In this document: positions 55,228-64,000 of the stretch, piece by piece
Layout: every line of letters starts with the position of its first letter
How positions within the stretch are numbered: the stretch's first letter is position 1
Source of the DNA: Flavobacteriales bacterium
GTDB taxonomy: Bacteria; Bacteroidota; Bacteroidia; NS11-12g; UBA9320
DNA length: 64,000 bases
Assembly (NCBI GenBank): GCA_020635355.1
Contig: JACJZW010000012.1
Coordinates: 40,836 to 104,835, forward strand
Direction of reading: 5' to 3'
Position numbers and translations under genes: made by a program
The notes under the pieces: model-generated
Database searches by the model: none
Told to the model about the DNA's origin: nothing
The model's input: the letters and a program-made list of their open reading frames with translations, nothing else

Positions 55228-57525
55228 TTATCGAATCAGGGTTACTGTACCGCTTAATTTTTGATAATCCTTGCATTTACTACCTATTTCTGCCATCCAG
55301 AAGTAGGTTCCGGGAGGAAGGTGGTATCCGTCTACTGTTCCGTCCCATGCCACATCCTCATTGGGTCCAACTTGATAAACTTGTTCACCCCAGCGATTAT
55401 AAATCCGGAAGTAGGTGCTGGAAAAGTTGGAGATGGGGATAAAGAATAGATCATTAGTATGGTCATTTCCAGGTGTAAAGACATTGGGGATGAATAAATC
55501 CGCCCCGGATAGTTCGGAATAGACGATGGTAGAGTCTTCATCATAGCAGCCCAGAGAGTCCTCTATATGGATCAAATAAGTACCGGTGGTTTGAATCCAA
55601 ATTTGTCGGGTTGAATCCGTCACGGTGCCCTGCCATCTGTAAGTGTATCCTTCCGGGGCTTCCAAAATGAGGGGATCGTTTGGGCAAAGCCGATAGGCAG
55701 AATCAAGATGTACGGACGGATTTGGGGTGGGGTCAACCTGAATGGTGTCTGTAAAGGAACAGCCAGACGTGTCTGTTATAAACACGATGTATGTTCCGGG
55801 GGAATAAACCGTTCTCCTGGCATTTGTACTTGAATCTTCCCACAACCAGGAGGCAAATTGCGGATGGAATGTAGAGAGCTCTATACCATTGGGATTATTG
55901 CATATGATGGTGTCCGGGAAAAGATCCAACGAAGAAATGGACGGTTTAATAGTGATGATTCTGGTAGACGTATCAGCAATGCACGGTGATTGGGTGATCA
56001 GTCGGATTGGGTAATCCCCCGGTTGTTTAAACGACTTAACTACGGCAGCCCCAGATGCCGATGTGGAGTCGCCAAACTGCCATGAATAAGTGAAATTGGA
56101 CCGATTGTGACATGCCGTAAAACGAATATCAGCGCCTGCTGTTAACTCCTTGCAGGTCAGGCTCACGGGCTCAAACGATGGCTCACAATCCAGGTCAACC
56201 AGCGACACTCCGGCAGCATAAGCATATGATTCTGCACTTCCCAGGCCAATGGCATAGGCCAGAAAACCACAACCTTCCGTGATTAATTGGTACGATCCTG
56301 CGGGAACCTTGAAGGAGGAAAAGGCGTACGAAGAATCGGCAGAAAGGATTGAGAAATTTGTGACCGGGGTGCCGTTTAGGGTGATGGTTGAGGTATCTGA
56401 TGTGCGGGTGACCACGTGAATGAAACTTTCGGCAATGGCATAATCGTCAACTGTGAAGAAAGTAATGGAATCCAACAGCATCTGTTCGTTGGGATTGATC
56501 ATGATCACGGACGGATCACCATTCTTGCTGTTACTACAACCGTTATTTGCGGTAATGGTAAAAATTCCAACGGACACAGTTTTATTAGATTCAATGATCG
56601 TAGGAGATGTATAGACAAATTCATGAACATCTCCCGCTTGAAGGGTTACCGCGGTTGAGTCGTTTAGGTTGACGGTGGTATTGTTTGAGTTTGCCAGAAT
56701 ACGAGCCACATCCTTTCCAGATGTTGGGGTTGGTAAAAGGATTTAAGACTTCCCCCAAGTGGGTACCGGAAACATCTGTTCGTAGAGTGGATCTGCATTG
56801 GTTCCACATAAAATTTGTACCCATACATGTCCCCCAAATACCGATATAGGTTTGTCGGATCCGAGGGATCGTACTTGAGTGCCGGTCAAGTCATCGCCCA
56901 GTGCATCAGCCTGAACCATGAATATGTCGCCCTGATTGAGGTTTACCGTGTATGGTTGATTGGCCTGACGGCCTTGGCTGGTGTTACAGGAAGGAGTGAT
57001 CTGTACGGTTGTACCATTCTTCGTTGCCACCACAATAAATTCTGATTTTCTGAGGGCATTGCTTTTGGTTTGGGTGGGATAGGACATGATGCGATAATCC
57101 GTCCCGATGGACGTAATCGGAAGGACTAGGGATGCTTCACTCCGTGCATTATGGATGGTTCCGGCATACACCGAAATTGGACGTACGGAGGTTACATGGA
57201 TGCCTCGATTGAGTACCTGTTCCTGTGCAGTGATTGTTGCATCGTTTGACGGCAGTGAGACCTTGGTGACCTGACCATTTATGGTAGAGAATGTCTTGGA
57301 ATAGCCGGTTCCGGGTATCTCTACCGTACCGTTAGTGGGGCTGTTAGATGATAGGTAGATGATGTATTCTGCGGAGGCGAGGTCATAGAATTCCGGGAAT
57401 GCCAGCCAGAAATCGGTTCCGGAATTGGTAAACTTTTGTGCGTGAGCGTGACTCCAGACACATAGGCATCCAATCGATAGAAGAAGTGTGTTCCAATATC
57501 GTATGTTGCCGAACTTCATAAGCAC
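55228..57525 (-). pseudogene. IgGFc-binding-like / PKD / T9SS type B CTD protein split by a single in-frame TAA
   Basis: ORFs 56743-57525 and 55228-56709 are in the same frame. The only interruption is the TAA at 56743-56745, and the junction reads PVPTWGKS*ILLPTPTSGKDVARILANSNNTT. The C-terminus is LFIPNVFTPGNDHTNDLFFIP...IYNRWGEQVY...GTYFWMAEI...LSGTVTLIR. Confidence 0.7.
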
Positions 57526-57648
57526 ATTGCACGTCGAGGTGTTTTGTACGTTAAAGGTAGGTTATTCGTTTGATTTTCAATTAAGTGAAGACCAAGCGAA
57601 ACTGTTTCAATTCCAAGAAGCGTGAAAAACCGAACTAGTTGCCTACTT

Positions 57649-59880
57649 CTATTTAAAAGTGAGTACCTGATCAACTGGAATGCGTTGAGACATTTCTGCC
57701 CGAGGGGCGTAGGATAATTTGCAGAAGAACACTGTAAATTCACCTTCTTTTAAGCCAAATAATTTTGACCATTCCATGGAAAGATTATTCAGCAAAGACT
57801 TTTCATCTTCGGAAAAGAAGTGAGTTTCACCCAGGTGGTGTCTAATAATGAAATAACTCAGTGCGGCGAAAGGGTGAACTGCAACATTGTGAGATGATAA
57901 TTTTAACCAAAGTTGTTGAACCAATTTTCCGGCATTGTAAAACGCCTCAGGTGTTAAATCTGAAATACTGATATAGGACAGTGCGGAAGAATCGAGTATT
58001 TGCTTTTTTGTTAAATCGCCCAATGCTTTACCACCAATCCTTTTTACAAATGAAGCTACATTCCAACTGTTTGCGATGTTAAATCCAATACGTTCTTTTG
58101 GAGTTAGGTCGAACAAATCAAGTTCAACGCCCCATGGTCTTTGAATCGCCGATTTTTTGTCCCACCTAATTTCATCCATAAGTTCGTCGTACAAATATTT
58201 ATTTAGAAAACGTATGACATCAGCTTCAGCAAGTAAATCAGATACTTTTTCAATAATTTTTTTATCTGAAAGTATCGTTACCTTTGACGCCAATTTGGTA
58301 GAGTTAAGGTCATTTATTTCGTCAATGATGTTTTGATTAATTTTCTGCCCATCGCTCTTGTTTCGATTCGTCTGTCGCCGGCATATTTCGTTGTATAGCC
58401 CGCTCGTATCTGTGAAAGTATTTGAGTTATTGGGTGTTAATTCGAATATTTTACAATGATCTGTGTTGAAGTTATTTTTCTCAACTACTTTAATATTGTG
58501 GTGCGAGCATGAAAGTTTCAGGTTCATTGCTGAACACCCCAGCGCCAAATATGCACCCCATTGATTAATATCAGTATAGGGGCTATATCTGGATTCGTCC
58601 ATGAAAAGAAATAATTGACCATTGTCAAATTCCCACTTCCAAGGTTGAGAATTACCCCCAGACGGTGCAAGAATTGCGTCGGAAATGAGCTTTTTGATAA
58701 GTTCACGAGTAATATTATTGGAGTCAATCGAAACGGTGGCTAACTCAGGGATCGAAGCCTTGTCAGAAGATAATGAGGTTTCTACATGACGAATTATCGG
58801 TAATTCTTGAGTTGATCCTTGGGTGATCAGTGTCTCAACATCTAGAGAATATCTGCCGGATGAACAATGCGTACCAAGCAAAATCCTTCGTGCAACATCG
58901 GTAGTCATGCCACTTCCATATGTTACAGCAGAGGAAAGTTGCGGCCAACTTCGAATGGATTCACCAACTTCAATTAAACTGCCCTTAAGTCTTGTCGACA
59001 TCTGAGTCTCATCAATAATACTATACAAGTATGGTATCTTCTCGTCAGTGGTCAAATTCCTGAGGGCGTTGAGATCGTCCACCTGGATTAGTCCATGGAA
59101 GATTTCTCGTTCGGGTTCCAAATCAAACCGTTCAATATCCAACAAACCCATGTCGCTGGTGTCCATCATCACTGGGATTCCGAGTTCTTTACATTTGATT
59201 CGAATATTGAACTTTTCATAAAATCCGTCACACTCCTCAATACATAAATCCAGTTTCGATGGATGATTCAGGAAGTGTTCTATGTTATTGTCTGTAATGC
59301 CGTCATGATAACAGACCACCTTAATGAAAGGGTCGATTTCTGCAATTGCCCGTGCTGCAATCACGGTTTTAAGCATGCCTATTTTGTCAATGCCCGCCTT
59401 TATGCGATTTAAATTGGTGAGCTCAAGTGTGTCAAAATCAGCGATTCGTAACTCACCACAAATGCGCTCTGAAGCAATAGTGAGTGCAATGGATTGCCCA
59501 ACAGATAAGCCAACTATGCCAATGACTTTTTGTTCGAGAAGTTCCTGCTCTTCATTGGTAATCTTATATCGATTTCGAATTGTTCGCAATTGAATGAATT
59601 CGGACTTGGGCATGGTGTGAACCAAATTGCCTGACCAAGGATAGTATATCCAGAGACCAAAGTGCTCTGGATTACTCGTTCCCAGTATCTCGTCCTTTTT
59701 GACTTGAATAAAATCTGCCGTAAGATCATCCTTCGGATACTTCATTTTGATGAATTCCATCAACTGTCCGTCAAGCTGATCCACCAGATTGGATGACGAT
59801 CGGATTGAGGTATAAAAGGTTTTATCCTCTTCTATCGTTAGATCAAGTATCCGCGGCTTGTACTCTAATTCCTTTTCCAT
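57649..59880 (-). CDS. Rv1355c-family protein (ThiF/E1-like adenylyltransferase domain fused to nitroreductase-like domains)
   Basis: 743 aa. It has WIYYPWSGNLVHTMP, then the E1 Rossmann segment VIGIVGLSVGQSIALTIA...LRIADFDTLELTNLNRI. The C-terminal part has a nitroreductase signature (AILAPSGGNSQPWKWEF). The gene is visibly AT-richer than its neighbours. Confidence 0.65.
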   Translation of the reverse strand: MEKELEYKPRILDLTIEEDKTFYTSIRSSSNLVDQLDGQLMEFIKMKYPKDDLTADFIQVKKDEILGTSNPEHFGLWIYYPWSGNLVHTMPKSEFIQLRTIRNRYKITNEEQELLEQKVIGIVGLSVGQSIALTIASERICGELRIADFDTLELTNLNRIKAGIDKIGMLKTVIAARAIAEIDPFIKVVCYHDGITDNNIEHFLNHPSKLDLCIEECDGFYEKFNIRIKCKELGIPVMMDTSDMGLLDIERFDLEPEREIFHGLIQVDDLNALRNLTTDEKIPYLYSIIDETQMSTRLKGSLIEVGESIRSWPQLSSAVTYGSGMTTDVARRILLGTHCSSGRYSLDVETLITQGSTQELPIIRHVETSLSSDKASIPELATVSIDSNNITRELIKKLISDAILAPSGGNSQPWKWEFDNGQLFLFMDESRYSPYTDINQWGAYLALGCSAMNLKLSCSHHNIKVVEKNNFNTDHCKIFELTPNNSNTFTDTSGLYNEICRRQTNRNKSDGQKINQNIIDEINDLNSTKLASKVTILSDKKIIEKVSDLLAEADVIRFLNKYLYDELMDEIRWDKKSAIQRPWGVELDLFDLTPKERIGFNIANSWNVASFVKRIGGKALGDLTKKQILDSSALSYISISDLTPEAFYNAGKLVQQLWLKLSSHNVAVHPFAALSYFIIRHHLGETHFFSEDEKSLLNNLSMEWSKLFGLKEGEFTVFFCKLSYAPRAEMSQRIPVDQVLTFK

Positions 59881-60034
59881 TCTTTACGTACATGTACAGG
59901 GCACGTTGTACACTGAGCCAATTCGTGGCAAATGTAAGGGGGTTCCTACGCACCTTGATAAAAAGATGATCACATTAGGTAGATGACATGAACACTATTT
60001 GTGAATAAATACGACTGGTCCATGAAATCTTGGA

Positions 60035-60961
60035 TCATTTCTTGGGCTGATCCTTTTGAATCACCTTGGTAGCCGTAGCGATAATGCCAGCAATATCGGA
60101 TAAATCTGAGGGTATAATCATTGAATTATTGGTCTGGGCAAGCTTGCCAAATTCACTTAGGTACTGTTCAGCAATGCGGAGGTTAACCGCGTCAACTCCG
60201 TTCTCTGAACCAATTGATTGCGCAATTGCCTTAATACCATTAGCCGTAGCCACAGCCACAGCTTCAATTTCGGAAGCCCGCCCTTCTGCCTCGTTAATCC
60301 GACGCTGACGTTCGCCTTCCGAGTGTTTAATTTTTTCCTGTTTTTCTCCCTCAGCACGATTGATCTGTGCCTGTTTCTCACCTTCAGATTCGGCTATCGT
60401 TGCACGTTTCTCTCGTTCTGCCCGCATCTGCTTTTCCATGGCATCCTTGATGCTCTGAGGTGGTGTGATGTTTTTGACCTCATATCGAGCTACTTTAACG
60501 CCCCAGGGGTCACTGGCTTTGTCCACGGCATCAACAATACTTACATTAATGGCATCACGCTCCTCAAACGTGGTGTCCAACTCCAGCTTGCCAATGACAG
60601 AACGCATAGTGGTTTGGGCGATTTGAATCGAGGCAAACTTATAATGATCAATACCATAGCTGGCCTTTACCGGATCAATAACCTGTAGATACAGTATACC
60701 GTCCACTTCTACCGCAATATTGTCTTTGGTAATACACGTTTGTGAGTCCACATCAATTGCTTGTTCCTTTAGCGAATGTTTGTAGGCAATGCGGTCAATG
60801 AAGGGAACGATGATGTGAAAGCCGGCATTCAAGGTCGATGAATATTTACCCAATCGTTCCACCAAATACGCTTGCCGTTGTGGCACAATGCGAATGGTAC
60901 GTACCAATAGAATAAAGAAAAAGAGGGCTGCGCCTAAAAGAATGTAAGTTTGAATGTTCAT
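60035..60961 (-). CDS. SPFH/band 7 (stomatin-like) protein
   Basis: N-terminal TM, RIVPQRQAYLVERLGKY, an SPFH core and a Glu/Lys-rich coiled-coil tail (REKRATIAESEGEKQAQINRAEGEKQ). Confidence 0.85.
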   Translation of the reverse strand: MNIQTYILLGAALFFFILLVRTIRIVPQRQAYLVERLGKYSSTLNAGFHIIVPFIDRIAYKHSLKEQAIDVDSQTCITKDNIAVEVDGILYLQVIDPVKASYGIDHYKFASIQIAQTTMRSVIGKLELDTTFEERDAINVSIVDAVDKASDPWGVKVARYEVKNITPPQSIKDAMEKQMRAEREKRATIAESEGEKQAQINRAEGEKQEKIKHSEGERQRRINEAEGRASEIEAVAVATANGIKAIAQSIGSENGVDAVNLRIAEQYLSEFGKLAQTNNSMIIPSDLSDIAGIIATATKVIQKDQPKK

Positions 60962-60964
60962 GAA

Positions 60965-61423
60965 TTAGATATTAGTCTTTTTGGTTACAAATAATTTAAT
61001 GCTCTCTTTGGAGGTGATTTCTATCACATCACCCACACGGAGTTGCTCGTCTGATTGAATGCTCCACACGGTACCACGGAATTCTATCTGACCAGATTTA
61101 CCGTCTTCATTTACCTTGGAAACCCGTGCCGTTTTACCAATAAATTCTCCGCTAAGGGACTCATCCTTCTCCTCGGTGTCACTGAAGAAACGCTGCTTGA
61201 GCACACTTCTGAATACCAGTAAACTGAGTATGGATGTGGAAAGAAAGACCACCACCTGGGCGGTAATGGAGATGTCTGCTACATAACAAATACCGGATGT
61301 GATCAGCGCACCAAGCCCAAAAAATAGTATCACCAAACCAGGGACAAATAATTCAGAGAGCGCCAAAAGAATTCCCAGCATCAACCAGAAGGCAGCCGGA
61401 TTTTGTAAGAGAGTTATTTCCAT
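60965..61423 (-). CDS. NfeD family membrane protein
   Basis: 152 aa with N-terminal TM helices and a C-terminal OB-fold-like segment (GKTARVSKVNEDGKSGQIEFRGTVWSIQSDEQLRVGDVIEI). It lies 3 nt upstream of the SPFH gene, the classic pairing. Confidence 0.8.
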   Translation of the reverse strand: MEITLLQNPAAFWLMLGILLALSELFVPGLVILFFGLGALITSGICYVADISITAQVVVFLSTSILSLLVFRSVLKQRFFSDTEEKDESLSGEFIGKTARVSKVNEDGKSGQIEFRGTVWSIQSDEQLRVGDVIEITSKESIKLFVTKKTNI

Positions 61424-61665
61424 AGCGAGGGTAAGTTACGACGAATTGCGTTGAACTCGTCTGTAAATCTATTACGGAAATCATCCTTTGGAAGTTACAT
61501 CCCACAAATGCGGGGTGCAAATGTCTTCATCCATCGACGTTTTGAACAGCACCAATTGGCTCGGATTGTCAATCGGAAACGTGTTTTGACGTCGAAAACC
61601 GGACATCATACAGCGGTTCTGGACTTGGGTGGTTGGTGGTCAACAGGTCATTCACGGGAATTCTA

Positions 61666-64000
61666 TCAATCTACCAGGATTGGGAATCGAGCCACTTGAT
61701 GTGGGAGATGGCAAATCAAGTAATAAATCCCCGGGGCCACATCAACCAGTTGAATAGCAAGCCCTCCGTCCTCATTTTCCCCAATAAATGGCACCTCCTG
61801 ACCAAGTTGATTGGTCAACGTCAAATTGAGCTGATTAACCTCACCTTGCAGATGAAATGTCCCTGAATTGGGGTTTGGGAAAATTGTATACCTCAATCCA
61901 TTCAATTCTTGAACACCAACCAAATCCTTGAGGGTTATCGTATCGGACACGGTTCCACAGGAATTAGTCACCCGCACCCAATAGGTTCCGAAATTGTGAA
62001 TGTTTACAGATGACTGTGTTGACCCCGTACTCCATAGGTAGGTCGCGTCTTGGTGGTAGGCATTCAGAACAATGGTAAAAGGACGTTTTAAAAGCGTGTC
62101 GTTACCAATGTTTACCACCGGTGTTGTAATGATTTTAGCAAACGTGTTTACGCTATGGTTTTTGCATGCCTTGGGATGGATGATGACGGAATATGGCCCA
62201 GGCTCCGAAATAATCAGAGAGTCAGCGGTGCTGTTATCAGACCATTGGAAAGTGGCCCCTGGATGTGAAACTCGAAGGGTGTCACTCACTTGATCACAAT
62301 AGAAGGAGGTATCCAACCACTGAATAGTTGGTGTGTGATCGAAGAACAGATAAATCGAGTCGGAAAGCACCATGCAGGAATTTTTCGCCACCAGGTTATA
62401 TCGGCCTGTTTGAGTCGCATAAATGCCTGATCCTTTTTCATTGGTGTTCCATTGATACTGTACACCCTGGATTGATTGAACATCTCCAATAAAAAGGCTA
62501 TCCAAATCACATGCGTACTGATCAGCTCCGAGATCGATACCGAAAAGTGAATCGCACTGAACCATAAAACTATCTCGATCAAAACCACAGAAATTGCGAA
62601 TCTCACCCCAATATGGGTTACTTGATTGAATTGCGAGTGCGCTCACGGAATCGTTTGTACTCCACAAATAGGTGGTATTCTTATAACCTGGATTGTTGGT
62701 ATCCGTAAGCGTAAATATGGTGGAATCCAAGCTACAAATGACGGTGTCACGTAAAGGATTTATCTTCGGGATTTGAACCGCCATCAACTCAGTAGAATCC
62801 AAATGCCGGCACCCATCTAATGTTACCACATTAACACGAAGTAATTTTGATCCGGATGAGAGATTAAAGGTGATAGAACTACTATCCGATGTTGCTGAAC
62901 CAAATTCCCAGAACACCGATTTAATCCGTTCTTCACCGATGAATGAAATGGAGTACGTATTAAATGACGTGGCACAGATTTCTTCATTGGTCTGAGGCAG
63001 CAGTTCAACTTTCCCGGACGTAAAAAGTGTGTCGTACTGATAGGTTATGCAGGCGTCATTGTCAGATGATTGCTCGATCACAAATATTCCCTGCTTATAG
63101 AATACCAGGGTGTCATCCAAATAGGTGGAATGGGTTCCTCCGGATCGCACGAATCGATGATTTGCCGTGTCCTGTATAACCTTGCCTGCGCTGTCCAAAA
63201 TGCGGTATGTCACTTTCGAAGTGGTTTCTTTAATCTGTGTGCCATCAATGGAATATGTTCCGCAGGAAATTTGTTCCCTCTTGAATATGGATTTAGGTTT
63301 CTGGCGAACAAAGAGATTTACTCTGCGCATATAGGTGCCGGGGAAAGGGCAATTGTTATCGGTTGCAACCACGGTAAACCGATATGGAGTGGATCGCGCC
63401 ATTCCTGAATCCGGTTGCCATGCAAAGGTCCCGGATTGAAAGAGGGAGGTGTCATTATCGGTTGAAAAGCTATACCCTGGAATGCTTGAAAAAACCGAAA
63501 TCCGAACGGTGTCTGGATCTGGCTTGGGCGCTGGAGGTGGTGGGGTATAGACTTGATCGGATGATTGGATATTTAGTTCAAAGGAATCGCCTTCACAAAC
63601 ACTATATGACGCATTCAAATCCAATTGGGGTAGGTTGTTGTCCAGACATTGACCCACAACCATCAGGTTCTCACGAATGGTAATACCTACCTTTTGATAC
63701 GCACCAGCTGTATCTTTTCGCCATTCGGTGACTTCTACTACCATGGGGGAAATGTCCCCGCAATTGGTAGCGGTGAAGACGGTGAATCCATCAGTTGGGT
63801 CAATATAGAATCCACGTGGAGGAATGGTGTTGGGATTTGTGGTTCCGGATCCACCAGGATTGTACACTTTAACGGGGGTAGATGCGCTATAACCGGTATT
63901 CCAACTTGCCGAGGTGGAATAGCCGGTTTTGGGTGAGATCAGTGCATAGCTGAGGGAGTCGCCATCGGGATCATCGGCACCGTTGTCCAGGTAGTAGGAA
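61666..64000 (-). CDS. large T9SS type A cargo (adhesin-like), 5'-partial
   Basis: The frame stays open upstream of the listed GVG start to the window edge (SYYLDNGADDPDGDSLSYALISPK...). The C-terminal CTD reads YTIFPNPNSGTFHLQ...GIYYLICHLPHQVARFPILVD. Confidence 0.7.
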   Translation of the reverse strand, partial: SYYLDNGADDPDGDSLSYALISPKTGYSTSASWNTGYSASTPVKVYNPGGSGTTNPNTIPPRGFYIDPTDGFTVFTATNCGDISPMVVEVTEWRKDTAGAYQKVGITIRENLMVVGQCLDNNLPQLDLNASYSVCEGDSFELNIQSSDQVYTPPPPAPKPDPDTVRISVFSSIPGYSFSTDNDTSLFQSGTFAWQPDSGMARSTPYRFTVVATDNNCPFPGTYMRRVNLFVRQKPKSIFKREQISCGTYSIDGTQIKETTSKVTYRILDSAGKVIQDTANHRFVRSGGTHSTYLDDTLVFYKQGIFVIEQSSDNDACITYQYDTLFTSGKVELLPQTNEEICATSFNTYSISFIGEERIKSVFWEFGSATSDSSSITFNLSSGSKLLRVNVVTLDGCRHLDSTELMAVQIPKINPLRDTVICSLDSTIFTLTDTNNPGYKNTTYLWSTNDSVSALAIQSSNPYWGEIRNFCGFDRDSFMVQCDSLFGIDLGADQYACDLDSLFIGDVQSIQGVQYQWNTNEKGSGIYATQTGRYNLVAKNSCMVLSDSIYLFFDHTPTIQWLDTSFYCDQVSDTLRVSHPGATFQWSDNSTADSLIISEPGPYSVIIHPKACKNHSVNTFAKIITTPVVNIGNDTLLKRPFTIVLNAYHQDATYLWSTGSTQSSVNIHNFGTYWVRVTNSCGTVSDTITLKDLVGVQELNGLRYTIFPNPNSGTFHLQGEVNQLNLTLTNQLGQEVPFIGENEDGGLAIQLVDVAPGIYYLICHLPHQVARFPILVD

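Noticed and set aside
61481-61609. A 42 aa minus-strand ORF (MMSGFRRQNTFPIDNPSQLVLFKTSMDEDICTPHLWDVTSKG) upstream of nfeD
   Set aside because: It has no signal peptide, TM helix or recognisable motif, and conservation cannot be assessed. It is too weak to call as a gene.

Overview
This 64 kb window looks like a chromosomal segment of a Bacteroidota genome. The evidence is many T9SS type A and type B C-terminal sorting domains, a GldM-like protein, and the DUF4271-hemD and panC / glgA-like / DUF4270 syntenies. All family calls come from motifs read by eye; no HMM or BLAST search was run.

Roughly 0-34 kb is housekeeping:
- bshA (5' partial), hemD, an OsmC protein, Hsp20, purQ, a PaaE-like reductase, asd and a DAHP synthase
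- panC, Fe/Mn SOD, dtd and waaA
- a nucleotide-sugar block (DegT, ugd, UXS, an acetyltransferase, galE)
- an Nramp transporter and gap

At about 34.1-34.6 kb sits an intact tRNA-Glu(UUC). It is preceded by a decayed partial copy of itself and a small GIY-YIG nuclease gene. Downstream, 34.6-38.7 kb is visibly AT-richer and decayed, holding orphan ORFs, a T9SS-CTD remnant and two lipoprotein genes.

The most interesting block is about 38.7-51.1 kb. On the minus strand it holds a stand-alone GldM C-terminal paralogue, a secreted and tail-anchored TPR-CHAT protease, a tail-anchored PKD-like protein and a T9SS Asp-box propeller protein. These are divergent from an ECF sigma / TPR anti-sigma pair and two Cys-rich envelope proteins that share an apparently unnamed module. 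The same 8-9 nt inverted repeat abuts the start codons on both sides of the sigma operon.

The remainder holds hppD and hmgA, two T9SS type B proteins (one split by a single in-frame TAA), an AT-rich Rv1355c-type E1-nitroreductase fusion, an NfeD-SPFH pair, and the 3' part of a large T9SS adhesin.

I found no rRNA, CRISPR array, transposase or integrase.
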